In this document: piece after piece, positions 1 to 6,831 of the stretch | Layout: every line of letters starts with the position of its first letter | Numbering within the stretch: the stretch's first letter is position 1 | NCBI RefSeq assembly: GCF_006345805.1 | Contig: NW_021828523.1 | Span: forward strand, 1-8,212 | DNA length: 8,212 nucleotides | Reading direction: 5' to 3' | Source of the DNA: Octopus sinensis | Lineage: Eukaryota | Made by a program: the position numbers and the translations under genes | Notes under the pieces: model-generated | Seen by the model: the letters and a program-made list of their open reading frames with translations, nothing else | Databases searched by the model: none | What the model was told of the DNA's origin: nothing

Positions 1-151
1 CCATCATCATCATCATCATCACCGTGTCGTCGTCGGCATCGTCACAATCATCATCATCATCATCATCATCAACGCTGCCGTTATCGTTATCCCGCATCAT
101 CACCACCAACACCACCACCACCATCATCATCACCGTCGCCGTCGTCGTCAC

Positions 152-186
<35 letters not shown>

Positions 187-330
187 CCATCATTATCATC
201 ATCATCAGCGCTGCTGTTATCGTAATCCCGCATCACCACCACCACCACCACCATCATCATCATCACCATCACCGTCGTCGTCGTGTCGTCACAATCATCA
301 TCATCATCATCATCGTCATCGTCGTCGTCG

Positions 331-366
<36 letters not shown>

Positions 367-442
367 ACGACGATTACGTTATCGTAATCCCGCATCATCA
401 CCACCACCACCACCACCACCATCATCGTCGTCATCGTCATCA
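1..442. repeat. Compound (CAT)n/(CAC)n/(CGT)n microsatellite organised as about 3 higher-order units of 106-162 bp
   Basis: Non-microsatellite anchors recur: GTCACAATC at 41, 147 and 288; ATCCCGCATCA at 89, 225 and 387. The array runs off the window start. Confidence 0.9.
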
Positions 443-585
443 TAGATTTACAGTTATTTGTCTTATCCAAAATACAAATGTTCCTATTTATCTATGCCAC
501 TTCGCTAATTGAATATTTAATGATGATACTAAGCTGTCGTCATTATTGTTGGTCATGTCAAGAGGTGGGCAATGTTGGCAGAGTT

Positions 586-604
586 GTTGTTGCTGCTGTT
601 ATTG

Positions 605-638
<34 letters not shown>

Positions 639-1125
639 CAGTAGTAAGTAGTAGTAGTAGTAGTAGTAGTAGTAGCAGTAGTAGTAGTAGTAGTAGTAGT
701 AGCTGCGGCTGCAGTTGTAGTTGTAGTAGTAATATTTGTAATGTTGTTTTTTGTTGTGATACTGTTGGTGGAGGTGGTTATGATCGTAGTCATGGTGGTG
801 GTGGTGGTGCTGGTGGTGCTGGTGCTGGTGGTGCTGGTGCTGGTGGTAGTGCTGGTGGTGCTGGTGCTGGTGGTAGTGCTGGTGGTGCTGGTGGTGGTGT
901 GGTGGTGGTGTTGGTGCTGGTGCTGGTGCTGGTGTTAGGTGGTGGTGGTGCTGGTGCTGGTGCTGGTGGTGCTGGTGGTGGTAGTGGTGGTGGTGGTGGT
1001 GGTGGTGGCGGTGGTGGTGGTGGTGGTGGTGGTGGTGGTGGTGGTGGTGGTGGAGTGGTGGTGGTGGTGGTGCTCGTTATGATGGTAGTGTTGATAGTTT
1101 TTATTGCAGTGGTGGTGGTGATGGC
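586..1125. repeat. Compound (GTT)/(GTA)n then (GGT)n/(GCTGGT)n trinucleotide low-complexity tract
   Basis: GTA runs at about 605-700 and GGT/GCT mixtures at about 793-1070, including a 27-bp unit duplicated at 836-889. Register slips occur between runs. Confidence 0.9.
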
Positions 1126-1729
1126 AATACGGGTGAGGTAGTTGAGTTATAGTAACGTTTAGTGATATTGATAGCATTAGTAATGTTTCTGCCTTGCTGT
1201 TGGTTTGTTTTTTTGTTCTTGTTTCATCCCCTGTCCTAACTCAAAGGACCTATAACAAAAAGTAATTCCACCCCGACATCGTATCGATTTAGGGATACAC
1301 CTAGCACTGAATTATCCAATGCTATCTTTCAAGATCAACAAGAGTCGCTTTAGCAGCAGTGTCGGCTTCTGGGCAAATCTGTGCACTGGACCCTAAAGTA
1401 TCTATTTATTGACAGCAAGCGACGACATACATAGATCAGAACTGGACCCCTGGGCACCTCCCCACTGTGCCCATAGAACTGTGCTCAAAATGGAAGCAAC
1501 CAAAATAACATTTGGCTACTATTTCTAGCAGATCCAGCGACCAAACATAGGTTCCATCTTTGATTCGACTGGAGTTGCGATGTGAGAAAGCGGAGTTGTG
1601 TATGAATCAGGAGAGAGGTAGATGACAATATTTAAAAAGTAGAGACAGGAGAGGATAAATAAAGTGTTGCCAGACTCCACATGAAATATTGACTTCTACC
1701 CTACTGTTGCCATCTTACCAATGTTTGTA

Positions 1730-1730
<1 letters not shown>

Positions 1731-1796
<66 letters not shown>
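1731..1796. repeat. (ATT)22 microsatellite
   Basis: Perfect ATT repeat read directly from the sequence. Confidence 0.97.
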
Positions 1797-1940
1797 GTTT
1801 AGCCGTACCATTTATTATCTTGTTGTTGATATGTATTAAAGCGGAAGAACTTAAATCTAATGACTAAAATATGGCAAAACAAAGTCTAGACTGCAGGTCT
1901 CCGTCATAGATACCCCGAGAAAAGTTGAGAGGAGTAGGTA

Positions 1941-1990
1941 GAGAGAGAGAGAGAGAGAGATGGGAAGAGAGAGAGAGAGAAGAAGAAGAA
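1941..1990. repeat. (GA)10 TGGGAA (GA)7 (AGA)n polypurine tract
   Basis: Read directly from the sequence. Confidence 0.93.
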
Positions 1991-2105
1991 TCAGAGGCAG
2001 AGAGAAGCAGAAAAACACGTGTGTTATCCAATAATGTAACCATGAGAGAAATTTCTTGTCTGCAACTTTCGAGACATTTTGACGCAAGCAGTTATTATCC
2101 TTCAG

Positions 2106-2124
2106 CTATATAAACCAGGAATAG
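2106..2124 (+). other. Candidate 19-nt micro-exon (LYKPGI, phase 0 to 1)
   Basis: gttattatccttcAG|CTATATAAACCAGGAATAG|GTaaag, with a TTGAC branch-like motif at about 2079-2083. Only one frame is stop-free. There is no homology support, and competing AGs lie at 2087-2091. Confidence 0.25.
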
Positions 2125-2267
2125 GTAAAGCATTTAAAGATATGTAAATAATGAGCGAGTTGTTTGGAAGTGAAATTATTGAAATAGAAAATTATATAAC
2201 ACCCCCCACCCACAACCCCACATACACCCACACCCTCACATCCACCCACACATTCATACCCATAATT

Positions 2268-2339
2268 GTATATATATATATATATACTTGTATATGCGTG
2301 TGTATGTATGTATGTATGTATGTATGTATGTATGTACGT

Positions 2340-2419
<80 letters not shown>

Positions 2420-2476
2420 GTAGATAGATATAGATACATAATTATACATATACATATACACATATATAGATGAACA

Positions 2477-2526
<50 letters not shown>

Positions 2527-2540
2527 TATATATATATATT
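2268..2540. repeat. Compound (TA)n, (TGTA)9, (TAGA)19, (TA)19 microsatellite cluster
   Basis: (TGTA)9 at 2301-2336, (TAGA)19 at 2341-2416 and (TA)19 at 2481-2518. Confidence 0.96.
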
Positions 2541-2806
2541 ACGTAAACGTTAATACATATACGAGCATACATAAACATACGCTAGTAGCCAATTCTGCCA
2601 TACGTTTTATGAATACCACACACGATGCTTATCTTCGTAACGAGATCACTGTCTTATTTCAAACAATTAAGCATTTTTTTTTCTTTTTCGTAAATTGACA
2701 AAATAGTTAACTGAGCAGATGTCATTTGAATATTGTCGTCTGGAGACGTAAATGAAAATGTCGACTTTGATAGAATTAACCAAAAAAGGCATAATGGCTA
2801 CCATCG

Positions 2807-3092
2807 TTCTTTTTATTCTTTTATTTGTTTCAGTCATTTGACTGCGGCCATGCTGGAGCACCGCCTTTTGTCGAACAAATCGACCCCAGGACTTATTCTT
2901 TGTAAGCCTGGTACTTATTCTATCGGTCTCTTTTGCCGAACCGATAAGTTACGAGGACGTAAACACACCAACATCGGTTTTCAAGCGATGGTGGGGGGGA
3001 CAAACACAGACTCACAAACATATACATATACATGTGTGTGTGTGTGTGTGTGTGTGGTTGGTTGGTAAGCAAGCTACTTATCACACAGCATT
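2807..3092 (-). mobile_element. tRNA-derived SINE (Octopus OR/OK-type), internally deleted copy
   Basis: The minus strand reads GCTGTGTGATAAGTAGCTTGCTTACCAACCA (A-box-like tRNA head), then a (CA)12 spacer, then a body TGTTTGTCCCCCCCACCATCGCTTG...AAGTCCTGGGGTCGATTTGTTCGAC...CCAGCATGGCCGCAGTCAAATGACTGAAAC, then an A-rich tail AAATAAAAGAATAAAAAG. It matches my recollection of a very abundant octopus SINE. The family name is not verified. Confidence 0.78.
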
Positions 3093-3234
3093 CATTATCA
3101 TTATCATCGTAGACGTCGTTGTCATCGTTGTCGTCCTCATCTTGAAGATCACAGATCAACCACCACCTTCACCACATTGCCATATTATCACCATCACAAT
3201 TAGAATAACCATAATAATGACAGCAACAAAAATA

Positions 3235-3261
3235 TAATAATAATAATAATAATAATAATTA

Positions 3262-3323
<62 letters not shown>

Positions 3324-3357
3324 CATTGTTATTGTTGTTGTTGTTGTTGTTGTTGTT
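3235..3357. repeat. (TAA)8-TTAA-(TTA)20 followed by (GTT)8
   Basis: (TAA)8 at 3235-3258, (TTA)20 at 3263-3322 and (GTT)8 at 3334-3357. The first part is a perfect palindrome. Confidence 0.96.
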
Positions 3358-3360
3358 ATT

Positions 3361-3433
3361 ACTTCATTTATTGGCCACCAGGGCCGACATATAGGGGACA
3401 ATACAGTAGACGTGGACAGTAGGGATTTTAAGC
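3361..3433 (-). mobile_element. 3'-end fragment of a retroposon (SINE/LINE tail) with AATAAA and an (AAC)n/(AAT)n tail
   Basis: The minus strand reads ...CCCTACTGTCCACGTCTACTGTATTGTCCCCTATATGTCGGCCCTGGTGGCCAATAAATGAAGT, followed by (AAC)8 and (AAT)20. AATAAA corresponds to plus 3367-3372. It resembles the recalled octopus SINE tail ...GCCCCTTGTGGGCAATAAAG. Confidence 0.55.
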
Positions 3434-3434
3434 A

Positions 3435-5761
3435 AAACAAGGAGTACACAAAACAATAACTGTAATACCAAACTAGAAGAATATAACAATGAAAGATATT
3501 AAAAATATTGGAGACACTAATTTACTGATCTATGCAGGAGGAGCAATAGTCACCTGAAGATTAAATATCTCACAGGGAAATATTGAAAAAGAGTAAATGT
3601 GGAAAAGAAGACTACAAAACAAATTGGAGACTTTAGTAGAATAGAAACATGGGAACTGAACAAGTTAGAAAATACAAGATGCAAATCTTTGCTCGAGAAA
3701 ATATACTTAGTCAAAGAGAAAGGTTTGGGAATAGTAATAGAAGAATTGAAACAGCGTATCATAGCAGTAGCATGTAAGCTCTCCAGATATCATAAAAGAA
3801 TGGGTCAGTATCAACAGAATAGATTATTTGAGACAAACCAGAGGAAATATTTTATAACCAAATAAATAATAGAAAACGAAGTACTGAAGATGAGAAACCT
3901 AATGCAGAAGAAGCTAGAAAGTTCTGGAGTAATATTTGAGATAAGCCAGTCAATCATAATGGAGATGCAATATGGTTAAAGAAAGTGAGGGAAGAAGTAG
4001 TGAGTGAGAAGCAACCAGATCTAAGATTAACTAGAGCTTAAATGAGTAAAGTGTTGGGAAAAATGACGAGTTGGAAGGGCCCAGGACCAGATTTAGTTCA
4101 AGGTACTGGCTAATGAAATTTAGTAGTTTACATGGGAGGCTGAGGAACAACTTCAAGATTGCCTTAATACCAGATTGAATGACTAGAGGGAGGACAATAT
4201 CATTATGAAGGATAAGAGCAAGAGTAATACAACTAGCAACTATAGATCAATCAGTTGCTCACCATCAATCACTTGCTGGCTGAAGTTGTACAGATGTGCG
4301 ACAAGGATATAAGGATGGAATTCAGTATCTCGAAGTATACGGGGTTCACTTTGAAATGGGAAAAAGAACAGATTATAGGGCCACAGAATTGCCTAACGGA
4401 GAGAAAATGGAAGACCCGGATAATGATGGATACAAGTACTTTGGAATCCTGGATCTGAATAATATCTTTCCCAGAGAAATGAAAGACAACGTCATCACCG
4501 CTTATTTGAAGCGCTTCGAACTTCTCTTGGAATCAAAACTCACCTCAATGGAACCTTGTGACTGCTACATCAACATATGGGTTGTTGTTGTAGTCTGCTA
4601 TCTTCAAATGGTCACGAGCGGAGATTGACCAACTCGATCACACAACCCGAAAGACAATGACATTACATGATGGCCTCCACCCTAAGGCAAACATATATAG
4701 GTTCTGCATGAAGAGGTGTAAAGGTGGACGTGAGCTGATTAGGGTACGGTGATGCATCAAAATTGAAAGAAGAAACCTGGTAAAGAATTTGGTAAACAGC
4801 AAGCAAGAACTGCTATAGTATGCTGCTAATGCAGAAGGATTTACCAAAAATGGACTTGAGAATGTTAATCAATTGCGATCACGAATAGCCAACAAGAGAG
4901 AAAAAACCCTACTCCGCATGGAATTACATAGTCAGTTCCACAGTGAAACTAACAACTTAAAAGATCATGAAGCACCTTGGAGATGGCTCAGCAAGGGTGA
5001 CCTAAAATAGGAGACTGAAAGACATTAGTCTGCTCAGGATAAAATCAGGATCAATTCAGTAAAAAGAGGCACATGCCACACACATGCAACGAGCCTCTGC
5101 AGAATGTATGGGATGAGGGTCGAAAACGTGACTCACATTGGAGGTGCTTGTGAAAGTCTTGCACAGAAAGAATACAAGTGCAGACACGACAAGGTAGCGC
5201 AGACGCTTCACTGGCTACTATACTATATATGGTAACGGGTGCTTAGTACCAATACACTCCGGAAAAGCTAATTGACGAAAAGGGGAAGGCAAAGAATCCT
5301 CTGGGACTTTGACTTCCATACAGACAAAGTGTTAGAGCACCGAAGGCCTTACATAGTAACCTTTAGGAGGGCCAAACAAGAGTGCCTAATAGCGGACGTG
5401 GCAGTGCTAGGAGATCAACATACTCTCATGAAAGAAAGAGAAAAAGTTGATAAATATGGAGACCTGAGAATTGAGATCGCTAAGATGTGGCAGCTACGAA
5501 AGTCAAATGTAAAGGTTGTCCCTATTGTCATCGGAGCATTGGGTTCAATGCCATCCAACCTGAAGAAACATCTGGAAACTTTAGAAATACCCTACAATCT
5601 AGTTGTATTGCAAAATTCGGCATTATTTGAAACAGCACGCATATTGCGTAAAGTACTGTCTGTCTGAGGTCTTCGTTGTAAATTGACTGACAGTACAAAC
5701 TGTCACCGGTTGACGCAATATCTTCAATCAACATCATCACGATACTGGATACTGTGTGAAG
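3435..5761 (+). mobile_element. Decayed, 5'-truncated RLE-type non-LTR retrotransposon, R4/Dong clade-like
   Basis: Motifs occur in the expected order across frameshifts and stops: TNLLIYAG 3516-3539; WKRRL from 3600; EELKQRI...QNRLF (QNRLF at 3815-3829); WKGPGPD 4072-4092; SNYRSISC 4235-4258; DIRMEF 4306-4323; YKYFG 4431-4445; LHP 4675-4683; GGREL 4723-4737; WRWL..GDLK*ETE; knuckle CRMY-x8-H-x4-C from 5098; RHDKVAQTLHW; RLE domain ending at the TGA at 5665-5667. A 3' UTR of about 95 nt then ends in (TAA)n. The 5' boundary is approximate. Confidence 0.9.
5098..5667 (+). pseudogene. CCHC zinc knuckle plus restriction-like endonuclease domain of the retrotransposon ORF (inactivated)
   Basis: ILWDFDFHTDKVLEHRRP(Y)IV...IADVAV.GD...KEREKVDKY..L...W...VVPIVIGALG is the characteristic RLE C-terminus. 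The catalytic PD reads PY (TAC at 5350-5352) and knuckle Cys2 reads Tyr. In-frame stops lie at 5233 and 5269, and frame 3 carries *YQYTPEKLIDEKGKAK (5244-5294) before shifting back to ILWDF at 5296. Confidence 0.88.
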
Positions 5762-5794
5762 TAATAATAATAACAATAATAATAATAATAATAA
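5762..5794. repeat. (TAA)4 CAA (TAA)6: tail or target microsatellite at the retrotransposon 3' end
   Basis: Directly follows ...GATACTGTGTGAAG at the end of the 3' UTR. Confidence 0.93.
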
Positions 5795-6275
5795 TAGATA
5801 GGCTACAGCAAATATTCTGCTCAATACCACAGATTTGCTTGTCAGTTGTTTGACCTTAACCAGTTGAACATGTCCCTTAGTGGCTGACGATATGTGCATC
5901 TCTGATCACGAGCAGAAGTAGTGGGGGAGCATCATGGCCATGTGTTGGGGGGGATTTTTTGGGGTTTGAATAATTCACCTCTGGAAACATGGGTGGTTCT
6001 TTCAACATCCTTAAACAACCCTTATTCAGGGACCTTTTGAGCGGGATGGGCTACTCAACCTGAAGAAAATTCTAACTGGGCCCCACCTGCAAGGTCATGT
6101 GCTGTTTATCTTGATATGAGATCACCATGTCGCGCACATATGGTTGTGATGCAGGTGCCTGGTGTACCCTTATCAGACGGGTAGTCATGATGGGTATATT
6201 GGGCTTCGTATATTTTACCCCAGTATCACTTTGATGGCATGCACTGCTCTCTCACTCAATAATAATAATAATAAT
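5795..6275 (+). mobile_element. ~460-bp non-coding dispersed repeat bounded by (TAA)n on both sides; probable retroposed element ending CTCTCTCACTC-(AAT)6
   Basis: GC-richer complex sequence with sharp boundaries at (TAA)n 5762-5794 and (AAT)6 6258-6275, and no meaningful ORF. I recall near-identical text as a high-copy octopus repeat. Orientation is inferred from the tail. Confidence 0.6.
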
Positions 6276-6482
6276 GTCTTTACTAGCCACGGAGGACTAA
6301 CACGAAGGAAAACATTAATGACGGCACATGACAGTACAGTGTGGTTTTTAGCGTGTAAAATATATAACAAATAAAATAAATTCAAAGTAAATTCTCCAGT
6401 AGAGAGGGGCCACTCATGGAATGGGTCTTCCAAAGGTCACTCATGGAGAAAGCCCAGAAAATCCAGTCAATATGACCACCAG

Positions 6483-6644
6483 GCTTCCGACATGCTTGGC
6501 GGCATTTCGTCCGTCTTTAAGTTCTGAGTTCAAATTCTGCTGAAGTCGCCTTTGTCTTTCGTCCTTTCAGAATCGATGAAATAAATACAGCTGAACGCTG
6601 GAATCAATGTAATGGATGCTGGCCTTGAGCCAAAATTTGAAATC
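6483..6644 (+). mobile_element. Diverged tRNA-derived SINE, 5'-eroded
   Basis: Pol III B-box GTTCAAATTC at 6528-6537 within ATGCTTGGCGGCATTTCGTCCGTCTTTAAGTTCTGAGTTCAAATTC...CTTTCGTCCTTTC...GCTGGCCTTGAGCCAAAATTTGAAA, ending in (AT)n. It matches a recalled abundant octopus SINE. No A-box is recognisable upstream. Confidence 0.72.
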
Positions 6645-6675
<31 letters not shown>

Positions 6676-6714
6676 TATATATATATATATATATTTAGTG
6701 AATAGTTGTGTGTG

Positions 6715-6748
<34 letters not shown>
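6645..6748. repeat. Interrupted (AT)n, short (GT)n and (GA)15
   Basis: (AT)n at about 6647-6694 and (GA)15 at 6718-6747. Confidence 0.95.
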
Positions 6749-6750
<2 letters not shown>

Positions 6751-6810
6751 CATTTTGTGTAAATGATTTTACTTTTGTTTATATGTTTTTTGCGTTTATA
6801 TTTTTGTTAG

Positions 6811-6831
6811 GTCGTGTTTACAACTTCCCAG
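6811..6831 (+). other. Candidate 21-nt frame-preserving micro-exon
   Basis: A long T-rich tract then tttttgttAG|GTCGTGTTTACAACTTCCCAG|GTaata. All three frames are open (VVFTTSQ; G-RVYNFP; SCLQLP), and a TGC motif lies at 6791-6793. No homology support. Confidence 0.35.

Noticed and set aside
24-512. Poly-Ser/Ile/His ORF (+) and poly-Asp ORF (87-470, -)
   Set aside because: These are translations of stop-poor CAT/CAC/CGT repeats. Register slips swap the homopolymer amino acid, and higher-order unit lengths are not all multiples of 3.
572-1141. 189-aa ORF resembling a Gly/Ala-rich structural protein with hydrophobic ends
   Set aside because: GGT/GCT repeats have no stops, so long ORFs are expected. 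Segments flip between poly-Val and poly-Gly at single-base slips, and third codon positions are almost invariant, as in a microsatellite. Transcript or peptide evidence would be needed to revive it.
2192-2578. ORFs with IYLS/YIHT/IY repeats (also 7597-7932 and 7864-8097)
   Set aside because: Direct translations of (TAGA)n, (TACA)n and (TA)n.
2733-3068. 111-aa ORF containing HLTAAMLEHRL...GLFCRTDKLRGRKHTNIG
   Set aside because: Antisense read-through of the SINE at 2807-3092. Such peptides commonly appear as spurious hypothetical proteins.
3599-5667. ORFs 3599-3865, 4255-4458, 4296-4628 and 5272-5667 as independent genes
   Set aside because: All are fragments of one broken retrotransposon ORF. 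Their listed starts are arbitrary or non-ATG.
5686-5846. Inverted similarity between the LINE 3' UTR (ACTGACAGTACAAACTGT, 5686-5703) and the minus strand of the downstream element (plus 5829-5846)
   Set aside because: Only about 15 of 19 gapped columns match and the UTR hairpin is not preserved in the second copy. This is not distinguishable from chance without more copies.
5884-5920. CTGACGA hammerhead-core heptamer in the TAA-bounded element
   Set aside because: No stem II followed by GAAA, and no stem III/UH arrangement nearby.
6408-6447. 13-bp imperfect direct repeat GG(C/T)CACTCATGGA at a 27-bp period
   Set aside because: Only two copies with a 14-nt spacer. It fits neither CRISPR nor a TSD around a recognisable element and is probably a small local duplication.
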